The notes under the pieces were generated by a model, which saw only the letters and a program-made list of their open reading frames with translations, had not been told where the DNA came from and made no database searches. The translations under genes and the position numbers were made by a program. From Corallococcus sp. (lineage in GTDB: Bacteria; Bacillota; Clostridia; Christensenellales; CAG-314), in NCBI GenBank assembly GCA_023665205.1, contig JAMPEJ010000001.1, forward strand, positions 78,955 to 142,954: DNA of 64,000 nucleotides. Reading direction: 5' to 3'. Positions 29,050 through 37,761 of the stretch are shown here, piece after piece; the stretch's first letter is position 1, and each line of letters opens with the position of its first letter.

Positions 29050-29079
29050 TATTTTGCGCCGAAAAATGCCGTTTTATAC
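29050..29079 (-). promoter_or_regulatory. Candidate forespore-type (SigF/SigG) promoter for sigG
   Basis: Minus strand reads GTATA (29079..29075), 18 nt, CAAAATA (29056..29050), against my recalled SigG consensus GnATR-N18-CAtAaTA. Confidence 0.4.
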
Positions 29080-29090
29080 AACGCGTAGTG

Positions 29091-29119
29091 TTGACAAGAC
29101 GGACATAAAGTTATAGAAT
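29091..29119 (+). promoter_or_regulatory. SigA-type promoter for the IlvD-like gene
   Basis: TTGACA (29091..29096), 17 nt, TAGAAT (29114..29119). Confidence 0.55.
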
Positions 29120-29138
29120 AATTACAGAGGTTAATTAT

Positions 29139-30788
29139 ATGTTAAAAGAATTTATCGAGCAAATAGACAAACTTCCTCAAAAAGCTCTGGTCAACTGTAC
29201 GGAAATCGACAGTAACAAACCGTGTATCGGTATTATTTCTGCCCAAAACAGCAGCACTTCGGCACATCAAAATTTGGACGAGATTTGTATGCGCGTAAAA
29301 GACGGAATAACACAAAGCGGCGCCACTGCAAAAATCGCTTACGTATCTTCAATCGATTGTACTGCAATGCACGGCACGCAAACTACAAAATACGATTTAC
29401 CGTCGCGCGACCTCACTGCTAACGCCGTAGAACTGTTATGTTCAAACGAATTTTTTGACGGATTGGTTTTTGTCGCAAGCGAACCGAACGTAGTTTGCGG
29501 AATGTTGCTTGGTGCAATTCGACTTAACATACCTTGCACTTTTGTTTGTCAAGGTACTATGTCTCCCATAGTATATAACCACAAAGAGCGTGGGTTTGTG
29601 CACTTTTTCGAGCAAATAGCGAAAATAAAAACAGGTAAAACAGCTTACGAACAAATGACAGAAATCGAGTCGAATTTGCCGCTTGCTTTGGGTACCGACT
29701 GCGAAAGATACGGAGCAAACAGTTTTAATTGCCTATTAGAAGCCACAGGTATGGCCGTAAAAGGCAACGGCACCGCTCCTGCCCTCTCAGTCGAACGAAA
29801 TAATATTGCCCGCAAAACAGGCGAATTGGCCGTCAAACTCGCCAACGACAAATACACGCCGCGCAGAATCCTTACTCAATCTATGCTTTGCAATTTGGTA
29901 ACTTTGGATTTGGCGTGCGGAGGCAGTTCCACAACTATGCTCAATCTTATTGCATTGGCAAAGGAACTGGGCATCAAAAATCTTTCTCTAAAAACCGTTG
30001 GAGATATGGCAAAAAGCACTCCGCTGCTCCTTTTCAACGAAGATGAAAAAAGTTGCATAATGCCGCAATTTCACAAAGCAGGCGGTGTCTACGCAATGCT
30101 TAAACAACTGTCGGATGCACGACTAATCCGCGACGATGTCTCCGTTAGCGAAGGATTAACGCTTGCGGACGTTTTGCAAAACGTAGAGGTTACAACGCCA
30201 AACGTAATTCGCCCTGCAGATAATTGCGTATTGGGTTCTTCAAAATTGCGCGTGCTTTACGGCAACTTAGCGGAAGACGGTTGCTTTGTTCAATTCGCAA
30301 CAGAAAACAGTTTTAGCGGTACGGCAAAAGTCTACAATAACGAGGAGATGGCCGTCGACGCTTTGCTTCACCGTGAAATCCGTGCCGGCGACGTCCTAGT
30401 TATCCGCGGAGAAGGTCCCAAAAGCGGCCCCGGAATGCGTGAAATTTATACCGCGCTGGCGCTCCTCAAAGGGTTTGATTTGGAAAACAAAGTAGCTGTC
30501 GTTACAGACGGACGCATTGCTGATTTCTACAACGGCGTTACAGTAGGACACATTACTCCGGAAACAAACGAGGACACCACTTTCACCGTCTTGCAAGACG
30601 GCGACGAAATTGAAATCAGCGTTTCCAAGGGCAAAATCTCCTGCGATATCAAAGCAAAAGAACTTGCTCAACGTTTCCGCGATAACGATCTAGGCGTAGG
30701 CAACTACGGCAACTTCTTTTTGAAGAATTGGGCAAAAACATGCGCGTCTGCTAGCGAAGGATGCGTATTCAAGTCCAAAGGAAAATAG
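29139..30788 (+). CDS. IlvD/Edd family dehydratase paralog with degenerate active-site motifs
   Basis: Colinear with IlvD over the full length (LPSRD, GMLLGAIRLNIP, GGSSTTMLNLIALA, IRGEGPKSGPGMRE, VTDGR...GH.TPE). The canonical CDK(I/L)TPG motif is SEPNVVCG, and the GRFSG serine is GRIAD. Confidence 0.8.
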   Translation: MLKEFIEQIDKLPQKALVNCTEIDSNKPCIGIISAQNSSTSAHQNLDEICMRVKDGITQSGATAKIAYVSSIDCTAMHGTQTTKYDLPSRDLTANAVELLCSNEFFDGLVFVASEPNVVCGMLLGAIRLNIPCTFVCQGTMSPIVYNHKERGFVHFFEQIAKIKTGKTAYEQMTEIESNLPLALGTDCERYGANSFNCLLEATGMAVKGNGTAPALSVERNNIARKTGELAVKLANDKYTPRRILTQSMLCNLVTLDLACGGSSTTMLNLIALAKELGIKNLSLKTVGDMAKSTPLLLFNEDEKSCIMPQFHKAGGVYAMLKQLSDARLIRDDVSVSEGLTLADVLQNVEVTTPNVIRPADNCVLGSSKLRVLYGNLAEDGCFVQFATENSFSGTAKVYNNEEMAVDALLHREIRAGDVLVIRGEGPKSGPGMREIYTALALLKGFDLENKVAVVTDGRIADFYNGVTVGHITPETNEDTTFTVLQDGDEIEISVSKGKISCDIKAKELAQRFRDNDLGVGNYGNFFLKNWAKTCASASEGCVFKSKGK

Positions 30789-30816
30789 ATCTTATACGTA
30801 TATAAAATGATTAAAA

Positions 30817-30848
30817 AACGGCGCGCTTTTGTTAAGCGCGCCGTTTTG
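30817..30848. terminator. Strong bidirectional rho-independent terminator
   Basis: Perfect 12-bp stem AACGGCGCGCTT/AAGCGCGCCGTT (30817..30845), flanked by A6 upstream and T4 downstream. Confidence 0.85.
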
Positions 30849-31002
30849 ATATAGATATATTATTTTATACAAATCAATATTCTGTTTTAAGACAAGTTAC
30901 GCACTACGTCCGATTCGATCGCTTTTGTTTTGCTTTATCAAAAAATACGTAGCATAAGTAGCACTATCTAAACCGTATAATATAATTGACACAAAATCAA
31001 TT

Positions 31003-31590
31003 TTATTTTTTAGCGCTTTTTTTCAATTCCTTTTTCCAGCACCAATAGCACATATTTTCGTAACTTTCGTCTCCGCCTATCAACACCACTGGACCATCAT
31101 CCACGCATTTTCCATTTACAAAGCGCGCGTTCACCGTAGACTTTCTTCCGCATCTGCACACAGATTTGATCTCCTGCAACGAATCAGCCAACTCTACCAA
31201 TCTTTTGCTGCCTTCAAATAATCTACACTTAAAATCAGCTAGCAACCCATAACATAACACCGGTACAAATTCAGTCAAATCTTTCAATTCGTCTACCTGT
31301 TTTGTAGTACAAAACTGCGCTTCGTCAACAATAATACAATCGCACTCACCCTTGTCGCTGTATTCTTTATACAATTTGGCAAAACTGCCTTCCGGCGTCA
31401 TAGTTTCACATTCGCAAACTAGACCTATGCGCGAACGTACTTTGGGGGTATCCGTATCGTCTCTGTTATCCAGCGAAGGCTTAACCAACAATACCTTCAT
31501 ACCTTTTTGTTCGTAGTTGAACTTGCACATAAGCGCTTGAGCAGATTTACTGCTGCCCATCGTTCCATATTTGAAGTACAGTCTCGGCAT
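31003..31590 (-). CDS. tdk: Thymidine kinase
   Basis: MPRLYFKYGTMGSSKS (P-loop; compare E. coli MAQLYFYYSAMNAGKS), DEAQF, and a C-terminal zinc motif CRCGRK...CYWC. ATG at 31590 after AAAGGAGA. Longer in-frame starts exist at 31614 and 31626. Confidence 0.9.
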   Translation of the reverse strand: MPRLYFKYGTMGSSKSAQALMCKFNYEQKGMKVLLVKPSLDNRDDTDTPKVRSRIGLVCECETMTPEGSFAKLYKEYSDKGECDCIIVDEAQFCTTKQVDELKDLTEFVPVLCYGLLADFKCRLFEGSKRLVELADSLQEIKSVCRCGRKSTVNARFVNGKCVDDGPVVLIGGDESYENMCYWCWKKELKKSAKK

Positions 31591-31622
31591 AACTTTCTCC
31601 TTTGCTTCCGTCATTTTTTGCC

Positions 31623-33284
31623 TCAATACAATCCGTCTATTTTGCCAGAATCGTCGATCGTCATTTTTACTGCATTAGGAATTTTTGACAATCCGGGCAT
31701 AAGTAGCATATTTCCCGCTATTGCTACTAAAAATCCTGCTCCACCGCGGTATTCCACGTCACGAATATGCAACGTAAATCCATCCGGAGCACCGAGCAAC
31801 TCTGCATCGTCGGAAAAACTGTACTGCGTTTTAGCAATTACAACAGGCATTTTAGCAATGCCGGATAAAGCAGAAAGTCTTTTCAAACTTTGTCTTGCCT
31901 TGTCGCTGAATTCAATTCCGTCTGCACCGTAAATACGCTTTGCCACTTTGGATATCTTTTCTTCCACGCTGTCGCATTCGTCGTAAGCAAACGTAAAATT
32001 ACCGTTATCCTCACAATCGCAAAGTTTCTTTACACTTTCGGCAAGTTCCAACGCGCCCTTTCCGCCTTTGCCCCAAACGTCGCAACAAACGGCCCTTACA
32101 CCCATTTTAGCAACAGAAGACTCTATTTCAGCTATTTCCGTATCGGTGTCGTCGGTAAAACGGTTGATTGCTACCAAAACAGGCAAACGATACACGTCCA
32201 TTATATTGCTAACGTGCCGTGTCAAATTGCACATCCCAAGTTTTAATGCGTCTAAATTTTCTTGCGCCAGATTGTCTTTGGCTGCACCGCCGTGAAGTTT
32301 AAGCGCACGAAGCGTAGCTACTACAACCACCGCATTGGGCACAAGACCGGACATCCTGCATTTTACGTCCAAGAATTTTTCTGCGCCGAGATCCGCACCG
32401 AACCCCGCTTCCGTCACGGTGTAATCAGCAAACGTCATTGCAAGTTTTGTGGCCTGCACACTGTTGCATCCGTGTGCGATATTAGCAAAAGGTCCGCAAT
32501 GCACAAAAGCAGGCGTTCCGCCGATTGTTTGTACCAAATTCGGTTTCAACGCATCTTTCAACAAAATCGCCATCGCATTTTCCGCTTTCAAATCGCGCGC
32601 AAATATCGGTTTCCCCTCAAAATTATACGCAACCAAAATATTGCCTAAGCGGCGTTTCAAGTCAGAGATATTCTCCGCCAAAGTCAACACCGCCATCACC
32701 TCGCTTGCTGCGGTAATATTAAACTTATCCGCGCGAGGTATCGTATCTTTAACGTTGCTATTAACCGTTACGCCGCGTAAAGCTCTGTCGTTTACGTCCA
32801 AAGTACGGTTAAAGACAATTTTGTCGGGATCTATACCTAGTTCATTCCCCTGAAAAACACTGTTGTCTATTAGAGCACATAACAAATTATTTGCAGCCGT
32901 AATAGCGTGAAAATCCCCTGTAAAATGTAAATTAATATCTTCCATAGGCAAAATTTGAGAATATCCTCCGCCCGTCGCACCGCCTTTTATTCCGAAAACA
33001 GGTCCGAGCGACGGTTCTCTGAGCGCCAAACACGTTTTTGCTCCTACAAGGTTCAATCCGTCGGCGAGACCGATGGACACGGTAGTCTTTCCTTCTCCGG
33101 CTGCGGTCGGATTTATAGCCGTAACCAATATTAATTTTGCATCTTTTTTAGGGACAGGTTTTGCAGATACCTTCGCTTTATAATTTCCGTATAACTCCAA
33201 CTCGGAGGAGGAAATCCCTATTTTTTTTGCTATTTCCGCAATATTTTTCAATTTGCAATTTCGTGCTATTTCAATATCCGTCAT
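31623..33284 (-). CDS. fhs: Formate--tetrahydrofolate ligase
   Basis: TDIEIA N-terminus, P-loop PTAAGEGKTT, and full-length FTHFS similarity. ATG at 33284 after GGAGG. Confidence 0.95.
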   Translation of the reverse strand: MTDIEIARNCKLKNIAEIAKKIGISSSELELYGNYKAKVSAKPVPKKDAKLILVTAINPTAAGEGKTTVSIGLADGLNLVGAKTCLALREPSLGPVFGIKGGATGGGYSQILPMEDINLHFTGDFHAITAANNLLCALIDNSVFQGNELGIDPDKIVFNRTLDVNDRALRGVTVNSNVKDTIPRADKFNITAASEVMAVLTLAENISDLKRRLGNILVAYNFEGKPIFARDLKAENAMAILLKDALKPNLVQTIGGTPAFVHCGPFANIAHGCNSVQATKLAMTFADYTVTEAGFGADLGAEKFLDVKCRMSGLVPNAVVVVATLRALKLHGGAAKDNLAQENLDALKLGMCNLTRHVSNIMDVYRLPVLVAINRFTDDTDTEIAEIESSVAKMGVRAVCCDVWGKGGKGALELAESVKKLCDCEDNGNFTFAYDECDSVEEKISKVAKRIYGADGIEFSDKARQSLKRLSALSGIAKMPVVIAKTQYSFSDDAELLGAPDGFTLHIRDVEYRGGAGFLVAIAGNMLLMPGLSKIPNAVKMTIDDSGKIDGLY

Positions 33285-33314
33285 TTCCAAACCTCCGTAC
33301 AGTTCAATGTAGTT

Positions 33315-33343
33315 ATAATACCAAAAAACACAATATTTAGCAA
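33315..33343 (-). promoter_or_regulatory. SigA-type promoter for fhs-tdk
   Basis: Minus strand reads TTGCTA (33343..33338), 17 nt, TGgTATTAT (-10 = 33320..33315). Confidence 0.5.
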
Positions 33344-33444
33344 ATAAAAAACACGTCCGAAATGCGTCTTTACAAATATTTACAATCTGTCATAAAGCGC
33401 GCAAAACGCCCATAAACAATTAGAGAAAAGTTTAACGAAAACTG

Positions 33445-33473
33445 TTGATTTTTTTTCCCTTCTTTGATACAAT
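33445..33473 (+). promoter_or_regulatory. SigA-type promoter for tRNA-Cys/tRNA-Leu
   Basis: TTGATT (33445..33450), 17 nt, TGaTACAAT (-10 = 33468..33473), 12 nt before tRNA-Cys. Confidence 0.55.
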
Positions 33474-33485
33474 AGAAAAGCAGTT

Positions 33486-33559
33486 GGCACCATAGCCAAG
33501 CGGTAAGGCAGAGCTCTGCAAAAGCTCCACCCCCGGTCCGATTCCGGGTGGTGCCTCCA
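33486..33559 (+). tRNA. tRNA-Cys (anticodon GCA)
   Basis: GGCACCATAGCCAAGCGGTAAGGCAGAGCTCTGCAAAAGCTC...GGTCCGATTCCGGGTGGTGCCTCCA. Confidence 0.92.
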
Positions 33560-33601
33560 ACACAGCGCAAAGTTGCCAGTCAATTTTGCGCTTAATTATT
33601 T

Positions 33602-33688
33602 GCTTGTGTGGCGAAATCGGCAGACGCAAGGGACTTAAAATCCCTCGGTGGAAACACCGTACCGGTTCAAATCCGGTCACAAGCACCA
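33602..33688 (+). tRNA. tRNA-Leu (anticodon TAA)
   Basis: GCTTGTGTGGCGAAATCGGCAGACGCAAGGGACTTAAAATCCCT, then a long variable arm, then GGTTCAAATCCGGTCACAAGCACCA. Confidence 0.92.
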
Positions 33689-34063
33689 AGCAATAAATAT
33701 TTTGCACAGAGAAAAGGAACGATAATTAGTATCGCTTCTTTTTCTTTTTTACTAATGCACCTCTATTATTTATAAGTTTGAAATATTGTTTTTGAAGAAA
33801 ACAGCATAGATAATTCCAAGGAATATACTGTTTAGTCACACAAAAATAACAAGTGATACAATACACTTCAATTGCTGACATACATAAAAGACAAAAGTGC
33901 TACTTCGTTATTTTGATCATCGTAAAAATCATGTTGCTCGACCAACGATATGCAAGCACTTTAACGTCAAGGCGATTATGCAAAATTATTCAATATCTGT
34001 TGACATCTCTCAAAAAACTGTTATAATAACATTTAACAATTATTAAATGTCAATAAAGGGGAA

Positions 34064-35353
34064 ATGACGTTGAATAAGAATATTAAAAGGTACGACTTTG
34101 CGCGCAAACCGCAGCGCGCCAGTTTGTTTTGGTTGTTCGTTGCAAAAAATTTTGTAGCGGCGCCGCAATTACGCGGTTTCGATCTTAAAATCACAAAAAT
34201 TAACATGGACGGCATCAAACCGCCTTATCTGCTTTTGGCAACTCATCAAAGCGAATTGGATTTAGCCGTAACCATCAAAGCCATTGAACCGTACCGCCGT
34301 TCCAACAACGTGTGCGCAATAGACGCTATTCGCGATAACGGCGAGTTTTTAATGCGCAAACTCGGCACTATCGGCAAACGTAAATTTATAAAAGATTTCA
34401 ATCTTATTCGCAACATGAAGTACTGCGTTACAAAACATAAGGACATAGTCTGCATGTATCCCGAGGCTCGTTACACATTGGATGGTTGCGAATCCTTCCT
34501 TCCGGATTCTTTGGGCAAAATGTGCAAACTAATGTCGGTTCCCGTAGTTACTTTGTGTATGCACGGCACGTTTATAGTAGGTCCGCAGTGGAACAAAACG
34601 AGGCAAAAATTGCCTTTGAGAGCAGAAATGGAACAAATCGCCACCGCCGAACAAGTGAAAGCTATGAGCGTAGATCAACTAAACACACTTATTCGCGACA
34701 GATTTCATCGCGACGATTTTCTTTACCAACTGCAAAACAATATTGAAAACAACTACGAAAAACGTGCTGAAGGCCTACACCACATCTTGTACCGTTGCCC
34801 TAATTGCGGAACTGAATTTGAAATGTATTCCGAAGGTACCAAGCTTTGGTGCGACCATTGCGGCAAATCCTGGCAAATGAGCAATCTCGGTCAACTTCAA
34901 GCAGATGACGGAGAAACGGAATTTTCGCACATACCCGATTGGTTCAAATGGGAACGTCAACTTGTACGCGATGAAGTACGCAGCGGCAACTATCGCTTCG
35001 AAGACGACGTAACCGTTCATACACTGCCCAACGGCAAACGTTTCTACAACCAAGGCAGAGGAAAACTTGTGCAAACTGCCGACGGAACGGTGATAGATTG
35101 CACCGCTTACGGAGCCCCCGTACATCTGGAGTTTAGCGGAGCGGAACTGGAAAGTGTTCATATCGAATACGATTATCCGTTTTTGAAAAAACGCTACAAA
35201 AAGAATTGCTTTGGCGATTGTGTAGATATTTCTATTGCCGACGACAGTTTTTGGCTTCATCCTATCAACAAACGCACGCAATTGACCAAAATTTCCTTCG
35301 CCACGGAGGAAATCCACCAACTGGCATTGGAAAAAATACGTAACTCAAAATAA
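34064..35353 (+). CDS. Lysophospholipid (PlsC-type) acyltransferase with a C-terminal zinc-ribbon-containing domain
   Basis: H(X)4D motif LLATHQSELD and a PEARY block in the N-terminal half. The C-terminal ~200 aa carries CPNCG...CDHCG. Confidence 0.75.
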   Translation: MTLNKNIKRYDFARKPQRASLFWLFVAKNFVAAPQLRGFDLKITKINMDGIKPPYLLLATHQSELDLAVTIKAIEPYRRSNNVCAIDAIRDNGEFLMRKLGTIGKRKFIKDFNLIRNMKYCVTKHKDIVCMYPEARYTLDGCESFLPDSLGKMCKLMSVPVVTLCMHGTFIVGPQWNKTRQKLPLRAEMEQIATAEQVKAMSVDQLNTLIRDRFHRDDFLYQLQNNIENNYEKRAEGLHHILYRCPNCGTEFEMYSEGTKLWCDHCGKSWQMSNLGQLQADDGETEFSHIPDWFKWERQLVRDEVRSGNYRFEDDVTVHTLPNGKRFYNQGRGKLVQTADGTVIDCTAYGAPVHLEFSGAELESVHIEYDYPFLKKRYKKNCFGDCVDISIADDSFWLHPINKRTQLTKISFATEEIHQLALEKIRNSK

Positions 35354-35381
35354 TCAAACCGTTCTTACTGCCGACATAAAA

Positions 35382-35410
35382 ATGGAAACGCACACCGTTT
35401 CCATTTTTAT
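35382..35410 (+). terminator. Rho-independent terminator after the acyltransferase gene
   Basis: Perfect 9-bp stem ATGGAAACG/CGTTTCCAT, followed by TTTTTAT. Confidence 0.8.
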
Positions 35411-35570
35411 ATACGTATCAGGCACAAAAACTGTAAGCATTTTGAGTCTGATATTGTACTAACTCTCTCGTCCAAATGCAAACGACGCATTTTCAATGCT
35501 TGACAAACCCAATTGAATATAATAAAATCAATTATAATAAATTCCTTAAAGTAATACACAACTCTAATAA

Positions 35571-35640
35571 GACAGTTCGCAACCATCCTGTCTCAAAACA
35601 AAACTAGGGAAATTCGATGGGGCACTTTGCGCCCTTTTTT
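35571..35640 (+). promoter_or_regulatory. preQ1-I riboswitch with terminator expression platform
   Basis: Aptamer GACAGTTCGCAACCATCCTGTCTCAAAACAAAACTAGGG (35571..35609): P1 GACAG/CTGTC, a TTCGCAACC loop and an A-rich tail ending CTAGG. A GGGGCAC-TTT-GCGCCC hairpin plus T7 follows (35618..35640). The downstream gene is a queuosine-precursor transporter. Confidence 0.75.
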
Positions 35641-35811
35641 AATGTTTGCAGGCAAATTGAATTTTTATTGTAAATACACCGCCGATTGCCTCGTTTGATT
35701 TTTCTTACACGTTTTGTTACAAATCGAAATCCGCGCAGCCAAATACATCGCGACACGAATTGTTATTACCGTTGCACTTAGTCTTAAATTACAAAATATA
35801 CCGAGGGAAAA

Positions 35812-36657
35812 ATGAAACAAAAACTAAAAGACGCCTTGTTGGAATTCAAATTACTGATACGTTCCGTACCTACCGTTATAACCGTAGTATTTATAATTTC
35901 GATTTTTGCAATGAATTTACTCGCCAATAAGAGCATAGATTTGCACGTATCATGGTTAGCTTTAGATTGCGGTATAGCCGTTTCCTGGTTTGCGTTTTTA
36001 TCAATGGACGTAATTACAAAACAATTCGGTCCCAAAGCTTCTACTCAAATTTCCATATTAGCTTTGGCGATCAATCTTATATTTTGCCTGTTTTTTTATC
36101 TGATAAGCCTAATTCCGGGCATTTGGGGAGCAAGTTTTGACGCCGGCGGTAACGTTCAACAAGAAGTTAATAATGCCCTCGACAGTACGTTTGGCGGATC
36201 TTGGTACGTTCTTTTGGGCAGTTCCGTCGCTTTCGTGGCATCTGCCGTAATAAACAACTTTTCCAATTGGGGTTTGGGCAAGCTTTTCAAAAAAAATCCA
36301 GACGGCGCTTGCGCTTACTTTTTACGCACATACGTTTCCACCGCCGTAGGTCAATTTGCCGATAACCTGATTTTTGCATTTATCGTAAGCCTAAACTTTT
36401 TCGGTTGGACGCCGTTGCAATGCGTTACTTGCGCACTGACGGGAATGCTTGTAGAACTAGCATGCGAAGCTCTCTTTTCCTACTTCGGTTTTACTATTTG
36501 CAAAAAGATGCAACGCGATAACGTCGGAAAGGAATATTTTGATTTTGTTGCAAACAGAAAAAAACACCAAATTGCGCTTTCCGACGACATCAAAAATAAT
36601 TCCAAAGTATCCGCACCGCAAAATAGCGACGACATATCGTCTAAAAATCCCGACTAA
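35812..36657 (+). CDS. yhhQ: Queuosine precursor transporter (YhhQ / VUT family, DUF165)
   Basis: 281-aa polytopic membrane protein (SWFAFLSMDVITKQFGPKAS, VSTAVGQFADNLIFAFI). It lies downstream of the preQ1 riboswitch. Confidence 0.8.
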   Translation: MKQKLKDALLEFKLLIRSVPTVITVVFIISIFAMNLLANKSIDLHVSWLALDCGIAVSWFAFLSMDVITKQFGPKASTQISILALAINLIFCLFFYLISLIPGIWGASFDAGGNVQQEVNNALDSTFGGSWYVLLGSSVAFVASAVINNFSNWGLGKLFKKNPDGACAYFLRTYVSTAVGQFADNLIFAFIVSLNFFGWTPLQCVTCALTGMLVELACEALFSYFGFTICKKMQRDNVGKEYFDFVANRKKHQIALSDDIKNNSKVSAPQNSDDISSKNPD

Positions 36658-36688
36658 CTGACTTCGAAACAATTTTAAGGAGAACATT

Positions 36689-37339
36689 GTGATGAAAATA
36701 CTTATAACCGGCACGTCCCACGGCATTGGCAAAGCTGTTGCGCACAAATTTCTTTCAGAAGGACATTCCGTCTACGGCATAGACGTTTGCACGGCGACTA
36801 TCGACCATCCGAAATATCTGCACTACTCTGCAGATATATTTTCCGACACACTGCCCGAAATAAACGGGATACAAATACTCGTCAATAATGCTGGAGTTCA
36901 AAACAGCGGACGTGATATAGACGTCAATTTAAAGGGAGCAATGCGCGTTACAGAAAAATACGCTTTTCAAGACGAAATCAAGAGCGTACTTTTTATTGCA
37001 TCTGCAAGCGCACACACCGGTTCAGAATTTCCGGAATACGCAGCCAGCAAAGGCGGTATGATTGCGTACATGAAAAACGTTGCTTTGCGCGTTGCAAAAT
37101 GGCAGGCAACTTCTAACAGTCTTTCGCCCGGAGGAGTACTGACAAACTCAAACAAACGCGTAATAGACGACCCCAAACTTTGGAAGCGTATTATGGATCA
37201 AACGTTAATTCCCAAATGGGCAGAAGTGTCTGAAATTGCCGATTGGGCATATTTTGTAACTTTTGTAAACCGCTCTATGACCGCGCAAGATATCCTTATC
37301 GATAACGGAGAAATCGCCAAAGCGGAATTTGTATGGTAA
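36689..37339 (+). CDS. SDR family oxidoreductase
   Basis: TGTSHGIGKA cofactor motif, NNAG, and YAASKGG active-site context. Start is GTG 36689 or ATG 36692, after AAGGAGA. Confidence 0.85.
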   Translation: MMKILITGTSHGIGKAVAHKFLSEGHSVYGIDVCTATIDHPKYLHYSADIFSDTLPEINGIQILVNNAGVQNSGRDIDVNLKGAMRVTEKYAFQDEIKSVLFIASASAHTGSEFPEYAASKGGMIAYMKNVALRVAKWQATSNSLSPGGVLTNSNKRVIDDPKLWKRIMDQTLIPKWAEVSEIADWAYFVTFVNRSMTAQDILIDNGEIAKAEFVW

Positions 37340-37620
37340 TCGCAGGCACAACTGCGCCCGTTTTTCAGATTACGTTAGGTAAATTTAATAAAAACCATTT
37401 AACGTTCGCAAGCAAACTGCACAGTTTTTATATAACAAGATAGTATTGCATGCAACCGTTATATTTATTACCAAAACTGTTAAAATAAAAATTTTCGTAA
37501 CGTTTTTATCCGTTTGACTTTTGCGTATATCTTACACGGTTTCACTAATAGATATCCATCAACTCCACACTGTTAAAATCTGCAAATCAATCGCGTACAA
37601 ATTTTATTTTTGAAAATAAC

Positions 37621-37649
37621 TTGAAAAGAATTTGATTTTATGCTATACT
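37621..37649 (+). promoter_or_regulatory. SigA-type promoter for the glycosylase-like gene
   Basis: TTGAAA (37621..37626), 17 nt, TGcTATACT (-10 = 37644..37649). Confidence 0.55.
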
Positions 37650-37761
37650 CTATCAAGTATTTATGCGGTAAAAGCATATTAGAGACCTTTTTCTAAAAGC
37701 TTAAATAATAAAATAAAAAAAATACCGCTTTCGCCCGCCGCGAACGTTCAGGAGAAAAGAA

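Noticed and set aside
33291-33440. I looked for a ZTP (pfl) or THF riboswitch in the fhs leader, since these often precede fhs and folate genes in Clostridia.
   Set aside because: I found no GGGTCGTGACTGGCG...CCGCCTGGG-type ZTP core or THF-like conserved segments. Only a promoter and a short leader are present.
35500-35538. A promoter for the preQ1 riboswitch: TTGACA at 35500 and TATAAT boxes at 35518 and 35533.
   Set aside because: The spacers are 12 and 27 nt, which does not fit a SigA promoter, so the real -35/-10 pairing is unclear.
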